Positions 40,191-49,010 of a stretch of DNA of 64,000 nt are shown in pieces. The DNA comes from a bacterium (GTDB lineage Bacteria > Elusimicrobiota > Elusimicrobia > UBA1565 > UBA9628). How positions within the stretch are numbered: position 1 is the stretch's first letter; the number at the start of each line of letters is the position of its first letter. Position numbers and translations under genes: made by a program. The notes beneath the pieces were generated by a model, which saw only the letters and a list, made by a program, of their open reading frames with translations, was not told the origin of the DNA and did not search any database. The stretch is from positions 54,457 through 118,456 of the forward strand of contig JAJZCM010000001.1 in assembly GCA_021846045.1 (NCBI GenBank), written 5' to 3'.

Positions 40191-41158
40191 TCATTTCTCG
40201 CACGCCTTTTAGAATCAGCCTTGCCGGAGGCGGCACCGATCTTAAGGAGTTTTACCGGCATGAACACGGCGCCGTATTATCTTTTGCCATCGATAAGTAT
40301 ATGTATATCACCGTCAATCACTATTTTGATGAATCGGTGTTTTTAAAGTATTCAAAAAGCGAGTTGGTTGATTCCGCCTCTCGAATACGCCACCCTCTAT
40401 GGAGAGAGTGCTTGATTCAAAGCGGTCTCCATTGCGGAATAGAAATGACTTCGATGGCCGATATTCCGGGCGGCACGGGACTGGGTTCTTCCTCAAGCTT
40501 TACCGTTGGCACGCTCCATGCCTTATCGGCTTTTAAGGGCGAGTTTCGCACCGCTGAAGAGTTGGCCCGCGGCGCCTGTCGTATTGAAATTGAACGCCTG
40601 AAAGATCCCATCGGAAAGCAAGATCAATACATCGCCGCTTATGGCGGCTTTCAATTCATCGAGTTTCTGCCGGATGAAAGCGTGAAAGTTAATCCTGTCA
40701 TTCTTAGCGAGAAAACGCGCGAAGCCCTTTTTAGCCGGATGATTTTATTTTATACGGGAATGCGTCGCAGGGCGGGAACGATACTTAAAAAAGCTCGCAG
40801 CAATTTCTCGGAAAACATGGAGAGCCTCAGGCGCTTAAGAGAATTAGCCTATTGGTCCAAGGAAAGAATCCAAAAAGGAGACGTGGATTCAATCGGCCCG
40901 GTTTTGCGTGAAAGTTGGGAAATTAAAAAGTCCTTGACCGGGGAAGTGACTAACGAGGTGATTGATCAAATTTATAGAAGAGCTCTCAAGGCTGGAGCCG
41001 TGGGCGGGAAAATTCTCGGAGCGGGCGGTGGGGGGTTTCTACTTCTTTTTTGTCCTCCGTCTAAGCGTTCATCCGTTATCGGTAACCTTAAAAACTGGCG
41101 GCATATCCCATTTAAATTTGAACCGGAGGGGTCGAAAATAATCCATGTCAGCCGCTAA
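40187..41158 (+). CDS. hddA: D-glycero-alpha-D-manno-heptose 7-phosphate kinase (GHMP kinase)
   Basis: RTPFRISLAGGGTDL and the GHMP motif PGGTGLGSSSSF. ATGA overlap with hddC. Confidence 0.8.
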   Translation: MIISRTPFRISLAGGGTDLKEFYRHEHGAVLSFAIDKYMYITVNHYFDESVFLKYSKSELVDSASRIRHPLWRECLIQSGLHCGIEMTSMADIPGGTGLGSSSSFTVGTLHALSAFKGEFRTAEELARGACRIEIERLKDPIGKQDQYIAAYGGFQFIEFLPDESVKVNPVILSEKTREALFSRMILFYTGMRRRAGTILKKARSNFSENMESLRRLRELAYWSKERIQKGDVDSIGPVLRESWEIKKSLTGEVTNEVIDQIYRRALKAGAVGGKILGAGGGGFLLLFCPPSKRSSVIGNLKNWRHIPFKFEPEGSKIIHVSR

Positions 41159-41771
41159 AAAGATAACTTCCACCCGTCCGGGGGCTTTCCATCTCATTGG
41201 CCCGGGCGGCTTGCCGGCCGAGGATTTTGCCGCTTGGTATCGGACGGAGTCTTTTCGGCAGTGGCAAAGCCTCGATTTAAAGGCAATTTCCAGTCTTGCG
41301 AAAACAATCGAGAAGGCGGAAAAAGAAAATCGGGAAATTTTCGTCATGGGAAACGGGGGATCGGCCGCGACGGCTTCTCATTGGGCGACGGATTTTTCCA
41401 AGACGGCGTATGTTGCGGGACATCCAATGATTCGCTGTCGTTGCCTGTCTGAAAACATCCCTTATTTGACGGCGATCGGCAACGACCTATCTTTCGACGA
41501 CTTTTTTAGCCGTCAGTTGGAAAACATTTTAAACCCCGGGGACCTGGTTATTTTAATATCGGGAAGCGGAAATTCAAAGAACCTCATCAAGGCTTGCCGA
41601 TTGGCGAAGAAGAGAAAAGCCCAGACCGCTGGAATCCTGGGCTTTGATGGCGGGCGTTTAAAAAACATGGTTGATTTAAAGATTATCGTGCCTTCCAATC
41701 AATACGGCGTCATTGAGGATATGCACATGGCCATTGGGCACATTTTGACGTTTTATTTAAAACAGAGATAA
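41145..41771 (+). CDS. gmhA: phosphoheptose (sedoheptulose-7-phosphate) isomerase, SIS domain
   Basis: VMGNGGSAATASHWATDF, ILISGSGNS and a C-terminal HMAIGHIL. Confidence 0.8.
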   Translation: MSAAKKITSTRPGAFHLIGPGGLPAEDFAAWYRTESFRQWQSLDLKAISSLAKTIEKAEKENREIFVMGNGGSAATASHWATDFSKTAYVAGHPMIRCRCLSENIPYLTAIGNDLSFDDFFSRQLENILNPGDLVILISGSGNSKNLIKACRLAKKRKAQTAGILGFDGGRLKNMVDLKIIVPSNQYGVIEDMHMAIGHILTFYLKQR

Positions 41772-41776
41772 ACGAC

Positions 41777-42745
41777 ATGCGCGTTTTAATGACGGGAGGA
41801 GCAGGCCTTGTGGGAAATGCCTTAACGAGGCTTCTTCTTAAAAACGGCGCACGGGTCTTTTGCGTGGACAATCTTTCTCTGGGGACTCGCCGTCATCTCG
41901 CGGAGTTTCAAAATAATTCTGATTTTGAGTTTGAGGAGTTGGACGTCAGCGTTTCCAGCTGGCACAAAAAGATTCAAGGCCGAAACTTTGATTTGTTGGC
42001 GCATCTGGCTGCAAATTCCGACATTTCCTTGGGAAATTCCCGTCCCGAAATGGATAAGAGCCGCACCTGGGACACGACTTTTGAGGCCTTGATGGCCGCC
42101 CGTGAAATGAAGATTCCAAAATTTATTTTCAGTTCTAGTTCTGCGGTCTACGGGGCAAACCCCGTCATGCCGACGCCGGAGGCTTCTCCAAATCTTCATC
42201 CTGTTTCCATTTACGGCGCCGGAAAGCTGGCTTCCGAGGCTTTCATCAGCGCTTTTGTTGAAAATTACGGGCTCAACGCCTGGATTTTTAGGTTTGGCAA
42301 CGTTGTTGGCGAAAAACTAACCCATGGCGTCATTTATGATTTCATCGCGCGCTTGCGAAAAAACTCAAATGAGCTCAATGTCTTGGGAAACGGGTTTCAA
42401 ACAAAAACCTACATTGATGTGGAAGATTGCGTTTCCGGCATTTATCTGTCTCTTGAGAAAAGCCCGGACGGTTCACGCCACCAAGAAAAATTTCAGATTT
42501 TTAATTTGAGTACTGAAGGGGCCACATCGGTCAGGCAAATTGCCGAAGAGTCTTGCCGGGCTTTAAATCTTAAAACCTGCAAGGTCAACTATCAGAATTC
42601 TCCCATCGGATGGGTGGGGGATGTTCCTAAAACCAGCCTTGACGTGTCCAAGATTAAGCGCTGCGGTTGGCGGCCCCGGCTTGATTCAAACGCCGCAGTG
42701 CTTAAAGCGATTCAAGATTACGCCGCGTGGTCTAAGGGCTCCTAA
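41777..42745 (+). CDS. NAD-dependent epimerase/dehydratase (extended SDR)
   Basis: VLMTGGAGLVGNAL, with the YGAGK (YxxxK) motif. Confidence 0.8.
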   Translation: MRVLMTGGAGLVGNALTRLLLKNGARVFCVDNLSLGTRRHLAEFQNNSDFEFEELDVSVSSWHKKIQGRNFDLLAHLAANSDISLGNSRPEMDKSRTWDTTFEALMAAREMKIPKFIFSSSSAVYGANPVMPTPEASPNLHPVSIYGAGKLASEAFISAFVENYGLNAWIFRFGNVVGEKLTHGVIYDFIARLRKNSNELNVLGNGFQTKTYIDVEDCVSGIYLSLEKSPDGSRHQEKFQIFNLSTEGATSVRQIAEESCRALNLKTCKVNYQNSPIGWVGDVPKTSLDVSKIKRCGWRPRLDSNAAVLKAIQDYAAWSKGS

Positions 42746-42748
42746 ATC

Positions 42749-43438
42749 ATGATCTCAGGGAAAAAAATTAGTTTGATTTTGCCGACCCTTAATGAGGCGG
42801 AGGGGCTGGGTTATTTAAAGGAGAAAATTCCCTCTTCGATTGACGAGGTTTTGATTGTTGACGGCGACAGCCGCGACAAGACCAGGGAAATTGCTGAGAG
42901 TTTCGGCTGGAAAGTCGTCGTTGAAAAACGCCACGGCTACGGACGCGCGTATAAGACGGGGTTTGAGCAGTCTCAAGGCGATATTATCGCGACTGCCGAC
43001 GCCGATGGGACCTATCCCGTTGAGGATATCGAGTTCTTAGTTCAAGAGCTTTTAACCGCCGATCTTGATTTTATTTCCTGCTCCCGTTTTCCTTTAAAGG
43101 ATTCTCAAAGCATGAACGGGCTCAATCAGGTTGGGAATTTGATGATTACTTGGGCGGCTCAGGTCTTATGGCTTCACCCTTTCAGCGATATCTTGTCCGG
43201 CATGTGGGTTTTCAGACGAAGCGTTCTTAGTCAATTGGTCTTGAAAAGCGACAACTGGAATTTTTCCGAAGAAATAAAATTGCGCGCTTATGAAGCCCTG
43301 AAAGACAAATTTAAGGAAATTCAAATTTCTTACCGCAATCGCTTGGGGGAGACCAAACTCATGCCCTGGAAGGTGGGCTGGGAAAACATTCTCTATATGA
43401 TCGGCATGAGACTAAGGGCTCGCAACGAAATAATATGA
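42749..43438 (+). CDS. GT2 glycosyltransferase, DPM1/ArnC-like
   Basis: ISLILPTLNEAEGL, VLIVDGDSRD, ATADADGTYP. Confidence 0.8.
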   Translation: MISGKKISLILPTLNEAEGLGYLKEKIPSSIDEVLIVDGDSRDKTREIAESFGWKVVVEKRHGYGRAYKTGFEQSQGDIIATADADGTYPVEDIEFLVQELLTADLDFISCSRFPLKDSQSMNGLNQVGNLMITWAAQVLWLHPFSDILSGMWVFRRSVLSQLVLKSDNWNFSEEIKLRAYEALKDKFKEIQISYRNRLGETKLMPWKVGWENILYMIGMRLRARNEII

Positions 43439-43461
43439 CCATTTGGGAAGCCCAGATGGAG

Positions 43462-43499
43462 TTGTCCACCTCGTCCACAGTTATCCACAGTAATTCACA
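43462..43499 (+). promoter_or_regulatory. array of four head-to-tail DnaA-box-like 9-mers at exact 10-bp phasing, one perfect TTATCCACA
   Basis: GTTGTCCACC TCGTCCACAG TTATCCACAG TAATTCACAG. It lies in a ~230-bp apparently noncoding gap between two GT2 genes. Confidence 0.45.
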
Positions 43500-43535
43500 G
43501 AAAGAAAAAGAAGTAAAAAGGAGGAATGGCCTACA

Positions 43536-44402
43536 ATGGCTTTCTTCTTCTCTTCAAACGACAACAGCAAAGACCAGCTCAAATCAGGTCAACCGTGGCC
43601 CGAAGAACTGGGAGTGCCTCATTGGGAATATCCTTACTTTTTATCTCAGGCAAAGGTCAAAGGAATCATCTTGAAGTTTTCAATCGTCATCCCCATTTAT
43701 AACGAAGCCGCCACGGCCAAAACTCTTATTGAAAAAGTCATTACCGCCGAGGTCCTCGGGCTCGAAAAAGAAATCATCATCGTAGAAGGCGCGTCCACGG
43801 ACGGAACGCGAGAAATCGCGCGTGAGTTTGAAAAAACGCCCGGCGTTCGCGTTATGTATGAAGAGCGTCCTTCCGGTAAAGGCAATGCCGTCAAAAAAGG
43901 GCTTTCCGCCGTTACCGGAGATTATATTCTAATTCAAGACGGAGATTTGGAATACGATGTCGCCGATTACCCGAAACTTCTTAAGCCTCTAATTGAAAAT
44001 CAAGCCGACGTTGTTTATGGATCTCGCGTTTTGCGCTCGCCGCAAAGCTGGCAGTTCAGGCGTTTTTCCGGTTTTGAGAGATTTTACGGTTTTTTCGTCA
44101 ATTTCGGCGGCGTTCTCTTTACCAATCTTTTTAATTTTCTCTATGGAACGCATTTAAGCGATGTAGCGACTATGTTTAAGATTTTTAAGGCCGATGATTT
44201 GCGAAGGATAAGCCTTAAGAGTTGCGGCTTCGACTACGATTGGGAAATTTCCGCCAAACTGGCAAAGAATAAGTCCACTCGATTTAAAGAAATTCCTGTT
44301 TTTTATAGAGCGCGTTCCCGCGCAGAGGGGAAGAAAATCAGGTTTTGGAGAGATGGGCTTAGCGTGTTTATCGCGATTTTGCGCTACCGATTTTCTGATT
44401 GA
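43536..44402 (+). CDS. GT2 glycosyltransferase, DPM1/ArnC-like
   Basis: FSIVIPIYNEAATA, IIIVEGASTDGT, ILIQDGDLEYD. The ATG at 43536 adds an atypical 47-aa N-terminus; the real start is probably the TTG near 43672, preceded by AAAGGA. Confidence 0.75.
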   Translation: MAFFFSSNDNSKDQLKSGQPWPEELGVPHWEYPYFLSQAKVKGIILKFSIVIPIYNEAATAKTLIEKVITAEVLGLEKEIIIVEGASTDGTREIAREFEKTPGVRVMYEERPSGKGNAVKKGLSAVTGDYILIQDGDLEYDVADYPKLLKPLIENQADVVYGSRVLRSPQSWQFRRFSGFERFYGFFVNFGGVLFTNLFNFLYGTHLSDVATMFKIFKADDLRRISLKSCGFDYDWEISAKLAKNKSTRFKEIPVFYRARSRAEGKKIRFWRDGLSVFIAILRYRFSD

Positions 44403-45667
44403 AAATGGAGTGAGAGAAGATAAGAAAATCCAAGAATTAAAAACGGCATTATCGGCAAACGGTATCGCATTTGGCTGACACTCACCATGTGAACTCCGAA
44501 TGTCATAGCGATAAAAAGCACGATGGGGTAGAATATCCGCCGTTCCTTGTTAAAAAGCTGCCAAGTTCCCCACAACCCGCCTATAATTAGCCAAGGCTCG
44601 AAGAAAAAGCTGATCGTAATGAGCGTTCCCCGCCTTAAGCCAATTGATGGATGATTTGCGGGATTTTGGAAATAAACTTTGTTCATGCGCGGATAAAAAC
44701 GCCAAAAATTAAGGCTTTTTAGAAGCCATTGATGAATCACTGCCTCGGGATGGGTGAGCATAAAACGGATGGCCGCTCTCCAATAAAGATTATCTTGATC
44801 GTGCGCTGAAAGGCGGGAAGCTTGCGCAAAAAGGGGGGTGCCTTTCAAATAGTGCATGGCGACTTGCGTGTCTTGTTCGTTTAAATCAAAAAGGAGCGTG
44901 CCATGCAAGAGGCTAATTCCTCCATGGCTATCCAAGGAAAAAGAGCCCGTTTCGATGCGGTTTCTCAAAGACCATGAAATTAGAAGGAGAGCCCAGAAAA
45001 AAGAAGACCAAAGGAGGCTTAAAAGAATCGGGCGGCTCCTCAGAGACGCAAAAATTGCGATGAGCCATATTCCGACCATGATGACCGCGCCTTCCGGGCG
45101 CGAAAGAGCGGCCAGGCCCAACGAAATTCCCGTGGCGGCGGCGTTCAAAAAACTTGCTTTTCCCTCGGACATCATTTGACATAACCGCCAGATTCCAAAA
45201 GTCATAAAAACAAGATAAGGAGTTTCCGAGAGCATCATTCCCCCATAATAAATGAAAAAGGGATAAACGGTAGAAATAAGTAGCGCGATTTTTCCGGCAA
45301 GTTTGGAACGGGTCAGCTTTTCAGTCATTTGCCAAACGGTCCAGACTAAAGCCATGTCAGGAATGAGAAGGCCAAGCCGGGCATAAAGAGGACGGTCTCC
45401 AAAGAGGCGAAAGAAAATAGAGAAATAAAAGGCTGGGATGGGGGAACCTGCCGAAGCGTTGGTTTGGCTGCCAAAAACGTTAAATTTCATCAAATTGAGG
45501 GCCGCTTGATGATAACCCGTTTCATCAATTTGATAAAAGCCGTTTCCTAGTTTTAAGGCGAAAATAAAACGAATCAGGAATGCCGCTAGAAAACAGGCCC
45601 AAGGCGGGATTTTTTCAATAAATCCAAAAATCTTCTTTAATGACGATGTATAATTGGACGTAAGCAT
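44384..45667 (-). CDS. GT-C membrane glycosyltransferase (ArnT/PMT-like)
   Basis: Polytopic, with an N-terminal loop YQIDETGYHQAAL typical of GT39/83 enzymes. Confidence 0.65.
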   Translation of the reverse strand: MLTSNYTSSLKKIFGFIEKIPPWACFLAAFLIRFIFALKLGNGFYQIDETGYHQAALNLMKFNVFGSQTNASAGSPIPAFYFSIFFRLFGDRPLYARLGLLIPDMALVWTVWQMTEKLTRSKLAGKIALLISTVYPFFIYYGGMMLSETPYLVFMTFGIWRLCQMMSEGKASFLNAAATGISLGLAALSRPEGAVIMVGIWLIAIFASLRSRPILLSLLWSSFFWALLLISWSLRNRIETGSFSLDSHGGISLLHGTLLFDLNEQDTQVAMHYLKGTPLFAQASRLSAHDQDNLYWRAAIRFMLTHPEAVIHQWLLKSLNFWRFYPRMNKVYFQNPANHPSIGLRRGTLITISFFFEPWLIIGGLWGTWQLFNKERRIFYPIVLFIAMTFGVHMVSVSQMRYRLPIMPFLILGFSYLLSLHFQSENR

Positions 45668-45690
45668 TCAGCGAACCCGTCCTGCAAAAG

Positions 45691-45776
45691 TCGTCACCCC
45701 GACGAAAGTCGGGGTCCAGGCCCACGCGAAAGTCTGGATTGCGGCTTTCGCCGCAATGACGGGTGAGTTTGCCGAA
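45691..45776 (+). repeat. variant copy of the double-hairpin repeat; stem 2 carries compensatory changes (TTGCGGC-TTTC-GCCGCAA)
   Basis: GTCACCCCGACGAAAGTCGGGGTCCAGG...TGGATTGCGGCTTTCGCCGCAATGACGGGTGAG. Confidence 0.8.
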
Positions 45777-45849
45777 TATCTACAATTGGACATTGACTTG
45801 GCACAGCCTATATAGACTATACTTATCCTAGGCCTCCTTCACAAATAAA

Positions 45850-47670
45850 ATGCCTGTCTTTAATCTTAAAGTATTTAATAAAAAGTCGGTAACTACTCAC
45901 GTCACCCCGACGAAAGTCGGGGTCCAGAGCAGCAATTTTCTGGATTCCGGCTTTCGCCGGAATGACGAACCTGGGCAGTTACAAAAGTCGTTTTGTATTG
46001 TAGTTGTTTTCCTTATTGCCTGGGGGTTGCGTGTTCTGGGCGTTCGATGGGGGCTTCCCAATATTTTTAACGGCGATGAGCCGCATTTTCTTAATCTCGC
46101 GGTTTCCTTTGGGCGCGGCTCTTTAAAGCCCTATGCTTTTAAATATCCGACTCTTTGGCCGTATTTTTTGTTTGTGTGTTATGGATTTTACTTTCTCTTT
46201 TGGTCTGGACTCGGGCTCTTGCATGGGATTACGGCTTTTGCCGGACTTTACGCTTGGCATCCGACGGGATTTTATCTCATCGCCCGCTTGGCGGCCGGTC
46301 TTCTTTCCATGGCCGCCGTTTTTGTCCTTTATCAAACGGGGAAAGAAGTAGAGGAGTTTTCCTGGGCATGGGTTTTTGCCGCTTTCGCTCCGCTTCTTAT
46401 TTATTCGGCTCACGAGGCGAAAGCCGACAGCCTGATGTTTTTCTTAATTTGTCTAGGCTGGCATTCGGCGGTGAAATTCTTTAAATCAGGGATGAGGAAA
46501 GATCATTTTTTTTCCGCCTTCTTTTTCGGGCTTGCGTTTTCAAGCCAGTTTACCGCTCTTCCGGCTTTAAGCGCGCTACTGGCTTTGGACTTTATTTCTC
46601 CAAAAAATACGCCTATAATCTGGGCCTTGGAGTCCGTTGGGATTTTTTCTCTGGCGTTTGTCTTGGGTTCTCCCTACGCAGTTTTTGATTTTCATAATTT
46701 CTGGTTCTGGATCCATATGCACAATCCCGAGGCGATGAACTCTCTTCGCTTTTGGACGAGACTAAGCGTGGCCAAGCGCCTCGGGCTCAATTTGCTGGGC
46801 TTTGAAGGATTTAATTGGGGGGCGGGGATTTTGGCTCTTTGGGGGCTTATTTCGTTTTTCTATCTTGATTTTAAGATGGCTTTGTTTCTTTTGTTTCCGG
46901 TTGCGCTTTCTTTCCTTGTCTTGGTTAATAATCCCGATGGAGGAGTTCCAAGATACTTGACTTCTGTTTTCCCGGCGCTTGATTTTATGGCCTCAGCGGG
47001 AATATTTTTCTTGTTAAAGGGAAAAAATCGGGCTTGGAAAACGATCATGGGCGGGCTAATCGCATCTTTTATTTTTTTCCCAGCTATTCTCAATGCTTGG
47101 AAGCGGGATAGGTTCATGAGACTTCCGGATACTCGAATGGAGGCGGAAAATTGGATATCAAAAAACATTCCCCAGGGGTCGGTTATTTTGGCTGATGAGC
47201 CCGATACCGAACCGAGGCTTTTAATGAATAAAGAAGAAGTGACGGCTTTGGCCGAGCGTACGAAACAGAATGGATCGCCCCGAAGTCGTCTTTATTTTGC
47301 CATGGCCCAAACTCATCCTGGGGGGGGGTATTGGGTTTACCGCATCAAGCGCTCTTCTTGGGATTTAGACATTTTCTTTACGGGGGAGGCGGATCTCTCG
47401 CAGAAAGATTCTCCCATGCTGAATATTTCCAAAGGGGTTGAGAGCGCCCGAGAGGCGGGAGTTCAATACGTCATCACTTCAAGTCAAGGCGTCAATCTAA
47501 AAAGAGCCATTGAGTTGCGAAATTTTTTTGATCAGCTGGGGTCAAAGGCTATTTTGCTTAAAGAATTTGATCCGGTCGCCGGGAAAACCGCCGGCCCGGT
47601 TCTCAAGGTATACCGGTTACCTGAGGCCCCAAATGGGGTGCCATTGCGGAATGAGCCGCGCCTCTTTTAA
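45850..47670 (+). CDS. GT-C membrane glycosyltransferase (ArnT/PMT-like)
   Basis: WGLPNIFNGDEPHF N-terminal loop and more than 10 TM helices. The ATG at 45850 reads through the repeat element in frame ([13 protein letters not shown]...); the true start may lie downstream of the element. Confidence 0.65.
   Translation: MPVFNLKVFNKKSVTTHVTPTKVGVQSSNFLDSGFRRNDEPGQLQKSFCIVVVFLIAWGLRVLGVRWGLPNIFNGDEPHFLNLAVSFGRGSLKPYAFKYPTLWPYFLFVCYGFYFLFWSGLGLLHGITAFAGLYAWHPTGFYLIARLAAGLLSMAAVFVLYQTGKEVEEFSWAWVFAAFAPLLIYSAHEAKADSLMFFLICLGWHSAVKFFKSGMRKDHFFSAFFFGLAFSSQFTALPALSALLALDFISPKNTPIIWALESVGIFSLAFVLGSPYAVFDFHNFWFWIHMHNPEAMNSLRFWTRLSVAKRLGLNLLGFEGFNWGAGILALWGLISFFYLDFKMALFLLFPVALSFLVLVNNPDGGVPRYLTSVFPALDFMASAGIFFLLKGKNRAWKTIMGGLIASFIFFPAILNAWKRDRFMRLPDTRMEAENWISKNIPQGSVILADEPDTEPRLLMNKEEVTALAERTKQNGSPRSRLYFAMAQTHPGGGYWVYRIKRSSWDLDIFFTGEADLSQKDSPMLNISKGVESAREAGVQYVITSSQGVNLKRAIELRNFFDQLGSKAILLKEFDPVAGKTAGPVLKVYRLPEAPNGVPLRNEPRLF
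45889..45982 (+). repeat. double-hairpin dispersed repeat copy
   Basis: GTAACTACTCACGTCACCCCGACGAAAGTCGGGGTCCAGAGCAGCAATTTTCTGGATTCCGGCTTTCGCCGGAATGACGAACCTGGGCAGTTAC. Confidence 0.85.
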
Positions 47671-48336
47671 GAGAGATTGGGCTTGCCTGAGAAATTTAAT
47701 CGCCAAGGCCGGTTTAATTGTCCTGACCTCCCTGATGGGAGTTGCGGGTTGAAGGATGAGCGGAATATCAGGAGAGCTTTCTTGTAAAATGCGGATGACT
47801 TGTCTCCACTCCGCTTCGGTCGTCTTATCGGTCAAAATGACCTTGACAAAAGATTTTTTAGGAATCAACCGCAAAAATTCCAAGTGTTCCGACCAAAGTT
47901 CTCTTCCAGTTGATGACGGCAGTTTGATGTCCATTGCAACGATATCGCAGAGGTCCCGGACTTGTTTAAAGGCCTCGACGCGCGTTCCGTTGGTTTCCAA
48001 GTAATTTAAAAGACCTTCTTTCCTGACCCAAGGCATGACGCTTAAAAGAAAAGGGACATGGAGCAAAGGCTCTCCGCCCGTCCAGGAGAGGGATCTGTGG
48101 TTTTTCTCGCTTTTGAGCCGAGACACCTCCGAATGAAACTGATTTAACTCCATGACTTCTCCGGAGGGAATCGGAATTGTCCTCGGCTCGTCGCAATAAT
48201 CGCAGTGGAGATTGCATCCCCCAAAACGCACGAAGATTTGCCTTTCTCCAAGATAGATTCCTTCACCTTGAAGGGAAGAAAAGATTTCGACGATTCGAGC
48301 TGAAGCGGAATTTGAAAGATTGATTGAGCCGGACAT
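47617..48336 (-). CDS. queE: 7-carboxy-7-deazaguanine synthase (radical SAM)
   Basis: FVRFGGCNLHCDYCDEP (CxxxCxxC) and the QueE-type N-terminus IVEIFSSLQGEG. Confidence 0.85.
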   Translation of the reverse strand: MSGSINLSNSASARIVEIFSSLQGEGIYLGERQIFVRFGGCNLHCDYCDEPRTIPIPSGEVMELNQFHSEVSRLKSEKNHRSLSWTGGEPLLHVPFLLSVMPWVRKEGLLNYLETNGTRVEAFKQVRDLCDIVAMDIKLPSSTGRELWSEHLEFLRLIPKKSFVKVILTDKTTEAEWRQVIRILQESSPDIPLILQPATPIREVRTIKPALAIKFLRQAQSLLKEARLIPQWHPIWGLR

Positions 48337-48338
48337 TT

Positions 48339-49010
48339 TTAAAGAGCGGGATCTTTTATTTTAGCGATCAAAAAACCCTTGGCCCTTAGTTTGCAGGAAT
48401 CGCACTGTCCGCAGGGGTGTTTTTTTCCAGCGTAGCAAGACCAGGTGAGCTTCAGGGGGACATTAAGATTAAGAGCCAGACGCACGATTTGTTCTTTGTC
48501 GAGATGAAGAAGAGGCGACAATATCTTAATCGGGCTTCCCATGACGCCGCTCTTCGTCCCAAGGCGGGCCAAGCGCTCAAAAGCGTTGAGATAAGCGGGG
48601 CGGCAGTCGGGGTATCCGCTGTAATCAAGAGCGTTGGCTCCGATGACGATGGCTTGCGCCCCAATGGCGTCAGCCAAAGATAGAGCCAAAGATAAAAAAA
48701 CGGTGTTCCGACCTGGAACATAGGTAGACGGAATAGGCCCGCGGCCTATTTTTGAAAGAGGCAAATTCGGCAATTTTTTAGTTTTGTCAGCGAGCGAACT
48801 TGCTTTAAGCCAGGATAAATTCAAGCGAATTTGATGGGTTTTGATTTTCGCTTGTCTAGCCACGGCACGCGCCGAAATTAATTCGCGTTGATGCCGTTGT
48901 CCGTAGAAAATAGACAACCCTTGGCAGTCATAGCCTCGCGCTTTGGCCCAGTAAAGGGCAGTTGAGGAATCAAGTCCTCCGGATAATAGAACGACGGCTT
49001 TCTTTTTCAT
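48339..49010 (-). CDS. queC: 7-cyano-7-deazaguanine synthase
   Basis: KAVVLLSGGLDSST PP-loop and the C-terminal Zn site CGQCDSC. Start at MKKKAVV gives a TGATG overlap with the upstream exonuclease gene. Confidence 0.85.
   Translation of the reverse strand: MKKKAVVLLSGGLDSSTALYWAKARGYDCQGLSIFYGQRHQRELISARAVARQAKIKTHQIRLNLSWLKASSLADKTKKLPNLPLSKIGRGPIPSTYVPGRNTVFLSLALSLADAIGAQAIVIGANALDYSGYPDCRPAYLNAFERLARLGTKSGVMGSPIKILSPLLHLDKEQIVRLALNLNVPLKLTWSCYAGKKHPCGQCDSCKLRAKGFLIAKIKDPAL

Noticed and set aside
43435-43674. 79-aa ORF spanning the DnaA-box array
   Set aside because: Low-complexity, with no RBS. Its C-terminal ...IGNILTFYLRQR faintly echoes the GmhA C-terminus (AIGHILTFYLKQR at 41740), hinting at a duplicated gmhA 3' fragment. 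The similarity is too short to call a pseudogene.
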